Under the pieces are notes generated by a model. That model made no database searches, was not told the origin of the DNA, and saw nothing but the letters and a program-made list of their open reading frames with translations. Of a DNA stretch of 61,586 bases, positions 9,967 through 20,554 are shown piece after piece; positions within the stretch are counted from its first letter, which is position 1, and every line of letters begins with the position of its first letter. The position numbers were made by a program, and so were the translations under genes. Source of the stretch: an uncultured Clostridia bacterium (lineage in GTDB: Bacteria; Bacillota; Clostridia; Christensenellales; UBA1242); the NCBI GenBank assembly GCA_945928645.1, contig CAMENR010000004.1:1-61586 (forward strand), read 5' to 3'.

Positions 9967-10975
9967 ATGAACGATTTTATCAAAAGCACAAAAATATCAA
10001 GTGATGTGGAGATTGAGAATTCACTTAGACCAGCAGTGTTGAATGATTATGTTGGGCAAGAAAAAGTGAAGGAAAGTCTGTCTATTTTTATACAGGCAGC
10101 AAAGGTGCGAAAAGAACCGCTTGACCATGTATTATTGTATGGACCTCCAGGACTAGGGAAAACAACTCTTTCGCATATTATTGCCACAGAATTGGGCACT
10201 CAACTAAAAGTTACCAGTGGTCCTGCAATAGAACATGCCGCTGACCTTGCCGCAATTCTTACCAATTTGCAAAAAAATGATGTATTATTTATAGACGAAA
10301 TTCACAGACTAAATCATTCTGTGGAGGAAATTTTGTATCCTGCTATGGAAGATTTTTCGTTGGATTTTATCGTAGGCAAAGGTCCAAGTGCAAGAAATAT
10401 GAGGCTAAAACTTCAACCTTTTACTCTTGTTGGAGCGACTACCAAGGCGGGTAATATATCTTCTCCACTAAGGGATAGATTTGGTATTATTCAGAGGTTG
10501 GAACTCTATGACGAGAAAGACTTGTCCAAGATTATCTCTAGAAGTTCAAAAATATTGAATGTGGATATAACTGATGAAGCAATTTTGGAAATTGCAAAAC
10601 GCAGTAGGGGGACTCCAAGAATAGCCAATAGACTGCTAAAAAGGGTGCGAGATTATGCACAAGTAAGGTCTGGTGGAAAGGTTACACTGGATATTTCAAG
10701 AGAAGCCCTAAAATTGATGGATGTGGACGAAAGAGGGTTAGATTTTGTGGATAGACGACTGCTAGAAAGGCTTATCACCACATTTGGTGGCGGGCCTGTA
10801 GGGGTGGAAACCCTTGCAACTGCTATTGGGGAAGAAGTGGCAACTGTGGAAGATGTGTATGAACCATATCTTATAAGACTGGGGTTTGTTGCACGAACTC
10901 CCAGAGGGAGAATTGCTCTTGAGGGGGCATACAAACATTTGGGGCTGGAAGCCCTTTTGCCTAAGGACGTGAAGA

Positions 10976-10995
<20 letters not shown>
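9967..10995 (+). CDS. ruvB: Holliday junction DNA helicase RuvB
   Basis: [15 protein letters not shown], Walker [14 protein letters not shown], Walker [11 protein letters not shown] and [11 protein letters not shown]. Confidence 0.95.
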
Positions 10996-13170
<2,175 letters not shown>

Positions 13171-13282
13171 TGTTTTTTGATAAAAAAAATAAAAAAATAG
13201 CATAAAATGAGTTAAAATTATTTGCTTAAAAAGAAAAACTGAAATATAATATATTTATTAAAAAAATGAGGAGAAAAAGATT

Positions 13283-13930
13283 ATGTTATTTATGTTGGGT
13301 GCAGAAGCAAACGGAAACGGAATAGGAATGACTATCTTGTTGGGCATTTTGGTAGTTCTTATGATTGTTTATCTTATATTTGGAACAATCAACAGAAAGA
13401 AACAACAAGAGCAAGCAATGAAGATGATGAACGAACTAAAAGCAGGGGATAAGGTTGTTACCAATGCAGGCGTGTATGGGACAATAGTTTCTATGAGAGA
13501 AACAAATATGGGCAGAGTGGTTGTTCTAAAAACTGGTAGTGATGACAACGAAAAAAATGCTAGTTACATCACAATCAACGCATCTGTTATTTTGGGGATT
13601 GATAAGAAGGAAGACCTTATTCTAGACGAAAATGGCAATGTTATTGACCCAAGCGAAAAACTCAAAGAAGAAGTTATGGGCGATGCTGAAAAAGGTGTAG
13701 AAGCACAAAAATCAGAAGAAGTAGCCCCTGTTGAAGAAAAGGCTGAAAATGTTGAAGAAAAGAAACCTGCAAAGAAGACTGCTAGCAAAAAATCTTCGGC
13801 AAAGAAACCAACTACAGCAAAAAAAGAATCAGCGGAAAAGAAAACTGCAGAGAAAAAAACTACAGCCAAGAAAACAACTGCTAAAAAATCTACAGCAAAA
13901 AAGCCTGCAACAAAGAAATCTGAAAACTAA
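13283..13930 (+). CDS. yajC: Preprotein translocase subunit YajC with a long K/A/T-rich C-terminal extension
   Basis: TM helix plus LKAGDKVVTNAGVYGTIVS core typical of YajC in the first 100 aa or so. The last 110 aa or so are acidic and then AKK/TAKK repeats. SD GAGGAG; terminator follows. Confidence 0.8.
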   Translation: MLFMLGAEANGNGIGMTILLGILVVLMIVYLIFGTINRKKQQEQAMKMMNELKAGDKVVTNAGVYGTIVSMRETNMGRVVVLKTGSDDNEKNASYITINASVILGIDKKEDLILDENGNVIDPSEKLKEEVMGDAEKGVEAQKSEEVAPVEEKAENVEEKKPAKKTASKKSSAKKPTTAKKESAEKKTAEKKTTAKKTTAKKSTAKKPATKKSEN

Positions 13931-13937
13931 AAAAATG

Positions 13938-13968
13938 TAGCATCTCTTTTGAGGTGCTAATTTTTTTT
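13938..13968 (+). terminator. Rho-independent terminator after yajC
   Basis: TAGCATCTC / GAGGTGCTA 9-bp stem (one G-U pair), TTTT loop, T8 run. Confidence 0.7.
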
Positions 13969-14047
13969 GAATAAAATCAAAATGCCTTTCATACATATTA
14001 ACTAGCAGTAAAATCAAGCAATAGTCTATGAAATATTGGAGGAAGAT

Positions 14048-14434
14048 ATGGAAGGAGTTTTGGATAAAAAAGCAAATATCCTAGGTGTTTTGAAGGGTGT
14101 TCTTGTAGCAGTTTGTATATCCATTGTAGGGGTGTTATTATTTGCAGTGGTATATAAATTTGTTGCGATGAATGGCACTACAATAAAGATAGTAAATCAA
14201 GTTATAAAAGTTTTAAGCGTTTTACTTGGGGTTAATGTGGCTCTAAATGGGAACAAAACCAAAGGGGCAGTTAAGGGGTTGCTGATTGGGGTGATATATA
14301 GCATTGTCGCTTATGCAATTTTTGGGCTTTTATCTTCTACATTTACTTTTAATTTGAGCATACTTTATGATGCCATTTTTGCAGGACTTGTTGGACTAAT
14401 TGCAGGTATTTTCTTGGTTAACCTCAAAAAATAG
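14048..14434 (+). CDS. Small polytopic membrane protein (YrzE/TIGR04086-like by position and shape)
   Basis: 128-aa, about 4 TM segments. SD GGAGG at 14038-14042 before ATG 14048. Sits between yajC and secDF, where Bacilli carry a similar small membrane protein. The family name is tentative. Confidence 0.6.
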   Translation: MEGVLDKKANILGVLKGVLVAVCISIVGVLLFAVVYKFVAMNGTTIKIVNQVIKVLSVLLGVNVALNGNKTKGAVKGLLIGVIYSIVAYAIFGLLSSTFTFNLSILYDAIFAGLVGLIAGIFLVNLKK

Positions 14435-14644
14435 CCCAAAAATATTTAATTATAAAACCATCTAACAAAATAACCTATAAAACAACCACAGTTATATTTT
14501 TTAACTTTTTATTCCATTGTGTATTATCATTCTTTCATACACACTCATTCTTTCAAAGCGAATTTGAACAAAAATTATTGAGAAAATTTTACTTTATGAA
14601 GAAATTTTGAAAAGATTTGAGAATAAATTATGTTTGTGTTGTAA

Positions 14645-14770
14645 TAGAATTTTTAAGGGAAATGTTATACTAATAAGAATAATTAGAAATGTTAGGGAAA
14701 AGCTATACTAATAAGAACAAACAGAATTTTAAGGGGAATGTTATACTATATAGAGCAAATAGAAATTTTA
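14645..14770 (+). repeat. Degenerate tandem repeat of about 39 bp (3-4 copies), each with a TATACT -10-like core
   Basis: Units start at 14645, 14684, 14723 and 14761. The shared core is AGAAWTTTWAGGGRAAWGYTATACTAWWWAGA. Units 1 and 3 contain TGtTATACT. Confidence 0.6.
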
Positions 14771-14862
14771 CCCAGAAAAAAATATAGGGAATACAAAAAA
14801 CAACCTAGATAGTTTTATTCTACATATTAAATGTAATATAAAATTGCAGAGGAGTGGACTAA

Positions 14863-14887
14863 AAATCCACTTTTTTTGTTTTGAAAG
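14863..14887 (+). terminator. Orphan rho-independent terminator in the yrzE-like/secD spacer
   Basis: AGTGGA (14863-14868) pairs with TCCACT (14876-14881), 7-nt loop, T7 run. No annotated ORF ends here. Confidence 0.45.
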
Positions 14888-14959
14888 ACAATTTTTGGTC
14901 AAAAATATGATAACTTTCAAAATTTTCAATAAAAAATCTCAACGAAATTGAAATTGTGA

Positions 14960-14988
14960 TTGACTTAATTAGTTTTCTTTTATATAAT
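14960..14988 (+). promoter_or_regulatory. Sigma-A-type promoter of secDF (TTGACT-17-TATAAT)
   Basis: TTGACT at 14960-14965, 17-nt spacer, TATAAT at 14983-14988. SD AAAGGAGA and ATG 15019 lie downstream. Confidence 0.5.
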
Positions 14989-15018
14989 AAAATGCATATT
15001 GAAAGGAGAAGGGCTTTA

Positions 15019-16404
15019 ATGACCAAAACTAGTTCTAGAATTAAACTTGTGCTTGTGGCAATTTTGACAATAGTAGGTATGCTCCTTACTTTTGTTAGTT
15101 TTGTTATTCCAACCACCAATACCACTTTTCGTGGTTTTATTGGGGCAATAAACTATGGATACGACATCGCAGGGGGCAGATTGTCTATTTTTGAGGCGCA
15201 GAAAGAAGAAGGTATGAGTGATGCCGAGTTTGAAATGGCAGTTAACTCTACAGTTAGTAGATATCAAGAGGCTTTTGCTTCATACGGATTGGAAGTTTCT
15301 GGGCATGTGGATACATTGGGTGACAGCGAAAAAAGAACAATAAGGATCGTCTTGTCCAATTATGATGATGATAGACTTTCGGAAATGTTTTCTAAAAGTG
15401 GGTTGGGTTCAGACTTATTTTCATCTATATCATCAGAAAGTGGGATAAGCCTAAACACCAGCACATCAAGCACTGCCGAAGGGAGCATCACAGGAAAATA
15501 TTTCAAAAAATGCTATGTCCAATCTGCTAGTTATGGCTCAACTGACTTTTGGTCTGTAGTTATTGAATTTAATGACGAAGGTCAACAGATGTTGAGAGAT
15601 TTTACAGCAGATCACGAAAGTTCGGACAAACTATATTTGCATGTAAATGGGCAGAATATTTTGTATGATTCAGAAGGAAATGCTGGCAGGGCAATAAGCG
15701 AAACTGGGACGATATCCAGCCTAACATTGTCCTATCAGAATGAGGAGTTTGCAAAGACTTTAGCACTGCAAATTGCTAGCCTTTCCAAACCTATTACTCT
15801 AAAAAAGGTTGTTGACGACGACATTTCTAGTGGTTTGTCCACTTCTGTTGTAGGAATATTTGGTGATGCTAAGACAATGCTAGCAGTAGGGCTTGTTGCT
15901 ATCGTTTTGGCTGTGATGATTTTCCTTTCTATAAGATACAGAATGTTTGGTGCACTTGCTAGTTGGAGTATGCTTGCTTTTGTTGCGATTTATGCCTTCT
16001 TGTTACAATCTATACCTCTAGTTGTTATGGATCTAAACGGCGTTTTGGGTGTAGTTGCTGTGTTTGCTATTCTTACTGCTTCAATGGTTCAAATTTTTGA
16101 AAGAATACGAACAGAATATGCTTCTGGCAAGAAAATTCCAAATGCTATAAGGGCTGGGTTCAAAAAGAATCTTTTGCCTACACTCGAAAAATATTCCTTT
16201 ATGCTTATTGTGCTAGCCGTAGCTTATATCTTTGGCACACAGGGTATTAAGCATTTGGCAGTGGCAATGTTTGTAGGTCTTTTTGTAAACTACTTTATTC
16301 TGTTTGTTATGTTGCGAGGTGTTTGCTCATGTTATATGGTCTTAAACAGCACCAAAAAGAATTTGTATAATCTTAAAAGGGAGGCTGTGAAAAATGAAAT
16401 CTAA
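15019..16404 (+). CDS. secD: Protein translocase subunit SecD
   Basis: N-terminal TM, large periplasmic-type domain, C-terminal 5-TM bundle ending in RIRTEYASGK. Followed by an overlapping secF. ATG 15019 after SD AAAGGAGA. Confidence 0.9.
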   Translation: MTKTSSRIKLVLVAILTIVGMLLTFVSFVIPTTNTTFRGFIGAINYGYDIAGGRLSIFEAQKEEGMSDAEFEMAVNSTVSRYQEAFASYGLEVSGHVDTLGDSEKRTIRIVLSNYDDDRLSEMFSKSGLGSDLFSSISSESGISLNTSTSSTAEGSITGKYFKKCYVQSASYGSTDFWSVVIEFNDEGQQMLRDFTADHESSDKLYLHVNGQNILYDSEGNAGRAISETGTISSLTLSYQNEEFAKTLALQIASLSKPITLKKVVDDDISSGLSTSVVGIFGDAKTMLAVGLVAIVLAVMIFLSIRYRMFGALASWSMLAFVAIYAFLLQSIPLVVMDLNGVLGVVAVFAILTASMVQIFERIRTEYASGKKIPNAIRAGFKKNLLPTLEKYSFMLIVLAVAYIFGTQGIKHLAVAMFVGLFVNYFILFVMLRGVCSCYMVLNSTKKNLYNLKREAVKNEI

Positions 16405-17449
16405 AAGCAAAAATCCTCAATTTGATATTATGAAGTTTTTCAAACCTGCACTGATTATTATGATGGCTGTGGTGTTGGTGGCTGGGCTTTTGGTTGGCCT
16501 TGTTGGCTTTAATAAGGGAATGGACTTCTGTGGTGGGACTCAACTGGTTGTCCAATTTGAAAACAGCATAATAGATATCGAAAACGAATCAAATTTTAGA
16601 ATTGCTTCAAATGGAATAAAAGAAATTCTGGCAGAAAATAATGTTAGGATAGAATCATTCCAAACTCAAGGGGAATATGGCACAAAAACTTTTGTTATTA
16701 CATTCAAAAAAACTACCAACAAAACTTTGCAAGATATCAGAGTTGCGATAAACAAACACTTTAATGCATCTGAGGCATTTGATGAAGTTAAGAATGATGA
16801 TATTAAGGTGGTGGAATTTTTGGGTGATGCATTTGATATGACCAGGCAAACAACTGAAATCAATGCCACTCAAAATTCATACTCTTGGTTTATAGTTGGT
16901 GCTGGATTGCTGTTTGCGCTTGTATTGGCTGTGGTGTATGCTTGCATAAGGTTTAAGACTTTGGGTGGGCTAACTATGGCAATCTCTGGCATTGTTGATG
17001 TGCTTTTGGCTCTTTCATTTGTGGCACTTGCTAGGATAGAAATCAACACCTATATATTTGCGGTAACTGCAGTTATCCTTTGTGTAAGTGTCTTTTCTAC
17101 AGCAGATTTGTTGTTTGCAATAAAGGAAAAAGGAGCAGACCCAACATTAAAGATAAAATCTAACAAAGACCTTGTATCTTATGCAGTAGATGGCTTGTGG
17201 AAGAAAAATCAAATAGCATATTCCATTGCCTTGGTTATATGCTTGATAATTGGTATTTTAACCGTTCAAAACATTCTTCACGTTGCACTTGCTTGCATTG
17301 CAGGGCTAGCAGTGGTGTATGCAACACATTTGTTCTTTGTGCCAGCACTTTGGAGTGTTATGGTAAGACAAAGACACTATGTCCTTGCACACAATCTTCA
17401 ATCAAAACAAGAAGAAGATGATGAAGATGAAGAAGTGGAAGAAGAATAA
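16394..17449 (+). CDS. secF: Protein translocase subunit SecF (acidic C-terminal tail)
   Basis: NKGMDFCGGTQL motif and C-terminal multi-TM bundle. 11-nt overlap with secD. Ends in EEDDEDEEVEEE. Confidence 0.9.
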   Translation: MKSKSKNPQFDIMKFFKPALIIMMAVVLVAGLLVGLVGFNKGMDFCGGTQLVVQFENSIIDIENESNFRIASNGIKEILAENNVRIESFQTQGEYGTKTFVITFKKTTNKTLQDIRVAINKHFNASEAFDEVKNDDIKVVEFLGDAFDMTRQTTEINATQNSYSWFIVGAGLLFALVLAVVYACIRFKTLGGLTMAISGIVDVLLALSFVALARIEINTYIFAVTAVILCVSVFSTADLLFAIKEKGADPTLKIKSNKDLVSYAVDGLWKKNQIAYSIALVICLIIGILTVQNILHVALACIAGLAVVYATHLFFVPALWSVMVRQRHYVLAHNLQSKQEEDDEDEEVEEE

Positions 17450-17561
17450 AATTCAAGCCGAATATCAGTTAACTATTAGTAGAGTATGTCAATTTTAGTG
17501 ATATAAAACTAGCAAGTGTTGCCTGCAAATTGCGAATATTAGAGATTAAATGTAATTATCA

Positions 17562-17593
17562 AAACCTATCGCATAAAGTGGTAGGTTTTTTTG
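17562..17593 (+). terminator. Rho-independent terminator after secF
   Basis: AAACCTATC / GGTAGGTTT stem with a 9-nt loop, followed by a T-run. Confidence 0.65.
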
Positions 17594-17642
17594 TTGTTAA
17601 AAAAAATTGTGCAAAAAGGTTGTTGTCAGCTAGGCAAAAATA

Positions 17643-17651
17643 TGATAATAT
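17643..17651 (+). promoter_or_regulatory. Extended -10 TGaTAATAT 7 nt upstream of the recJ ATG
   Basis: TG at 17643-17644, TAATAT at 17646-17651, ATG at 17658, no SD. Candidate leaderless transcript. Confidence 0.35.
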
Positions 17652-17657
17652 TTATGT

Positions 17658-20024
17658 ATGAGTAATATAGAATATAAAAAAGAGGAGATTGCAAAAAAAT
17701 ATAACATCTCGCCTATTGTTTTGGAATTGATGGCAGGCCGAGGTGTTACCTCAGAAGAAAAATTAAAACAATACCTAAACCCAACTGATAGTAGTTTTTA
17801 TAATCCATTTTTGTTAAGCGGAATGAAGGAACTGGTTGAAAGGATTAAGTTGGCTATCAAAAACAACGAAAAAGTCCTCATTTTTGGTGATTATGATGTT
17901 GATGGAGTTAGTGCAAGTGCAATTCTTATTAAATACTTTGCAGAAAGAAATTTTTATGTAGATTATTTTTTGCCCAATAGATATGTAGATGGCTACGGAC
18001 TTACAAAAGACTCTATTTTGAGGGTAAAAGACAAATTTAATCCATCTCTTATTATTACTGTTGACTGTGGCATATCTTGTCACGAAGAGGTGGAATTTGC
18101 CAAAGCGCTTGGCATTGATATTGTTATCACCGACCATCATGACATACCAGAAATCTTGCCAAATACTATTGTTGTTGACCCAAAACTTCCTAATCAGCAA
18201 TATCCATTTAAGTCATTGTGTGGGACAGGGGTTGCTTTTAAGGTGGTGCAGGCATTGTCTGGTTTGGAGGAAGCAAAAAAATATCTTGGCATAACCGCAA
18301 TAGCAACGATAGCAGATATTGTTCCCTTGGAAGATGAAAATAGGGCAATTGTAAAGTTGGGTATGGCTACTTTCGAGAAAACTTTGCCACTAGGGATAAA
18401 GATGCTATTTGAGGAAAATAAAATGCAACTTAACTGTTCTTCTACAGATATTGCATACAAACTTTCGCCAAAAATCAATGCCGCTGGCAGAATGGGAGAT
18501 GCTGGAGTTGCACTAAAACTTTATATAAAAGACGATAAACTCTTGCTCAAAAACACCATTGCAAGCCTTGGCAATCTTAATACCGAAAGGCAGGCTCTTT
18601 GCAACAGAATTTATGATGATGTGGTGGATAAACTTTCTCAAATAAACATTGCAAATTATAAATCCATTGTTCTTTTTAGCAAAAAATGGGATAGTGGAGT
18701 TTTGGGAATTGTGGCAGCAAAAATTGCAGGGGAATACAATCGTCCAACAATACTCTTATCTGATATGGGGGAGGAGTTGCGAGGAAGTGCAAGAAGCATT
18801 AATGACATAGATATATTTAGCGCAATATCCAGCACCAAGGAAACACTGGAAACTTTTGGTGGGCATAAAATGGCAGCGGGACTCACAATTAGGAAAAAGC
18901 AGTTTTCTGATTTTCTGTCTAGCCTCAACAATTATTTGGATAAACATTATTCTCCAGATGACTTTTTGCCATGTGAAAAGTTTGATATGGAAATTAAGCC
19001 AGAGCAAATCTGTGACAAACTTATCTCTGATTTGGAACTTATTGAGCCTTGTGGTTGTGGTAATCCAAAGCCTGTGTTCAAAATGGAATTGTGTGATGGA
19101 GCAACTTTTTCCACTATGCCAAAACACCCAAGTCATTTGACAATTTTTAATAAAAATCTCAATATTATTGCCTTTAACAGTTACAAATATTTGCCACTGC
19201 TAAAATCTTCTACAGATAGAAGTGTTCAGATGGAATTTCAAAATTCAAGTTATAAAGGGAAAAAATATTATAAGGGGATTGCAAAGGACATCTCAACAGG
19301 CAAATTGACCAAACCAAAGAGTGATGATGTCCTATTAGGAGAATATCTAAAACAAATGTCTTATGGCTCTTGTGGCACCAAAAAGACACAATTTTGGGAC
19401 AAAAACAAACTTAAACAAATTATAAAACAAGCCAAACAAGATGCATTTGGCACATTATTTGTGAGTTATTCTTATGGAGCATACAGGGAGTTTTGCATAG
19501 AAAATGCAGACTTAAAAATCAATCACTGTCTGTATGAGATAATCAAAAATAGTGGTATGAATAGCATAGTTTTGTGCCCAACCAGTTTTGACAATTTTGG
19601 CTCTTACAAGAGGATAGTTTTTCTAGATGGTGTGCTGTCTAGTGGGTTTTTGACAGAGATTGCAAAACATTCTGGGGCAACTCTTTTTGTGCCTGCGGAT
19701 AAAAAAATTGACAGAAAAATATTTGCTGGGCTTTCTACCGACAGAAAAGTTTTTGGCAGATATTTCAAACTACTCAGCGACTTTGCATCAAAGCAAGAAA
19801 GTTTTTTGAGTGATATTTCACTTTTCAAACAACTTCAAAGTAAGGATAGGAGTATCAACTTCAAACAATTTATATTCAGTCTGTATGTATTTTTGGAGCT
19901 TAAAATATTTGAGATTCAAGATGATTTGGGATTAAAATCGTTAAAAGAAAACAAGAAAGTTGTTTCGCCATTGACCAATTCTTCTTTTTACAATGAGGTG
20001 TGCCTAACACTAAAATCGGTGTAA
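17658..20024 (+). CDS. recJ: Single-stranded-DNA-specific exonuclease RecJ
   Basis: DHH-family motifs: FGDYDVDGVSA, TVDCG, ITDHHD and the DHHA1-type GGHKMAAG. 788 aa. Confidence 0.9.
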   Translation: MSNIEYKKEEIAKKYNISPIVLELMAGRGVTSEEKLKQYLNPTDSSFYNPFLLSGMKELVERIKLAIKNNEKVLIFGDYDVDGVSASAILIKYFAERNFYVDYFLPNRYVDGYGLTKDSILRVKDKFNPSLIITVDCGISCHEEVEFAKALGIDIVITDHHDIPEILPNTIVVDPKLPNQQYPFKSLCGTGVAFKVVQALSGLEEAKKYLGITAIATIADIVPLEDENRAIVKLGMATFEKTLPLGIKMLFEENKMQLNCSSTDIAYKLSPKINAAGRMGDAGVALKLYIKDDKLLLKNTIASLGNLNTERQALCNRIYDDVVDKLSQINIANYKSIVLFSKKWDSGVLGIVAAKIAGEYNRPTILLSDMGEELRGSARSINDIDIFSAISSTKETLETFGGHKMAAGLTIRKKQFSDFLSSLNNYLDKHYSPDDFLPCEKFDMEIKPEQICDKLISDLELIEPCGCGNPKPVFKMELCDGATFSTMPKHPSHLTIFNKNLNIIAFNSYKYLPLLKSSTDRSVQMEFQNSSYKGKKYYKGIAKDISTGKLTKPKSDDVLLGEYLKQMSYGSCGTKKTQFWDKNKLKQIIKQAKQDAFGTLFVSYSYGAYREFCIENADLKINHCLYEIIKNSGMNSIVLCPTSFDNFGSYKRIVFLDGVLSSGFLTEIAKHSGATLFVPADKKIDRKIFAGLSTDRKVFGRYFKLLSDFASKQESFLSDISLFKQLQSKDRSINFKQFIFSLYVFLELKIFEIQDDLGLKSLKENKKVVSPLTNSSFYNEVCLTLKSV

Positions 20025-20061
20025 TAAGCATTTTATAGTCAAAATTTTGATGTAAAAGTGC

Positions 20062-20090
20062 TTGACAAATTGTTAAAAATAATGTATTAT
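20062..20090 (+). promoter_or_regulatory. Sigma-A-type promoter of rpsO (TTGACA-17-TATTAT)
   Basis: TTGACA at 20062-20067, 17-nt spacer, TATTAT at 20085-20090. Confidence 0.55.
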
Positions 20091-20105
20091 CCTACTATAC
20101 CTACA

Positions 20106-20141
20106 GCAAGGGAGTTCGCGTTTATACTCCAAACGACTTGC
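20106..20141 (+). promoter_or_regulatory. Structured rpsO 5' leader hairpin (possible S15 autoregulatory site)
   Basis: GCAAGGGAGT (20106-20115) pairs with ACTCC (20126-20130) and, across a 6-nt bulge, with CTTGC (20137-20141). Lies between the promoter and the rpsO SD. Confidence 0.3.
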
Positions 20142-20174
20142 TTTGTTGTGTGGTGAATATAAAAGGAGAATAAA

Positions 20175-20435
20175 ATGGACAAACAAGTTAAAGACGAAAT
20201 TATCAAGAAGTATGCAAGAAATGAAAAAGACACTGGTTCAACAGAAGTCCAAATTGCAATTTTGACAGAGAGAATCAATCATTTGACTGAACACCTCAAG
20301 CAAAATCCAGCCGACAAACATTCCAGTCGTGGACTTATGAAAATTGTTGGACAAAGAAAAGGTCTTTTGAATTATCTTGAAAAACAGGACCTTGAGAAAT
20401 TTAGAAGTTTGAAAAAATCTTTGAATATAAGATAA
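20175..20435 (+). CDS. rpsO: 30S ribosomal protein S15
   Basis: 86 aa; [30 protein letters not shown] is a canonical S15 sequence. SD AAAAGGAGA. Confidence 0.97.
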   Translation: MDKQVKDEIIKKYARNEKDTGSTEVQIAILTERINHLTEHLKQNPADKHSSRGLMKIVGQRKGLLNYLEKQDLEKFRSLKKSLNIR

Positions 20436-20443
20436 TTTAATAG

Positions 20444-20482
20444 CGGGTTTGAGATAGACAATCTATTTCTGCCCGTTTTTTT
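20444..20482 (+). terminator. Rho-independent terminator/attenuator between rpsO and pnp
   Basis: CGGG (20444-20447) pairs with CCCG (20472-20475), with an inner GAGATAG/CTATTTC helix, then T7. Confidence 0.65.
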
Positions 20483-20554
20483 AACTAGACTTGTAATATA
20501 ATTGACATTTATCCTTTGTTGTGTCAAACTAAAATAAATTTATAGGAGAGAAAA

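Noticed and set aside
13731-13940. Alternative-frame 69-aa K/R/Q-rich ORF in the yajC tail
   Set aside because: It is a frame artefact of the AAR-rich repeat. The yajC frame is continuous from the conserved core and ends at a terminator.
14645-14770. Possible CRISPR array (tandem ~39-bp units)
   Set aside because: The units abut each other with no unique spacers, are degenerate, number only 3-4, and no cas genes are nearby. This is a simple tandem repeat.
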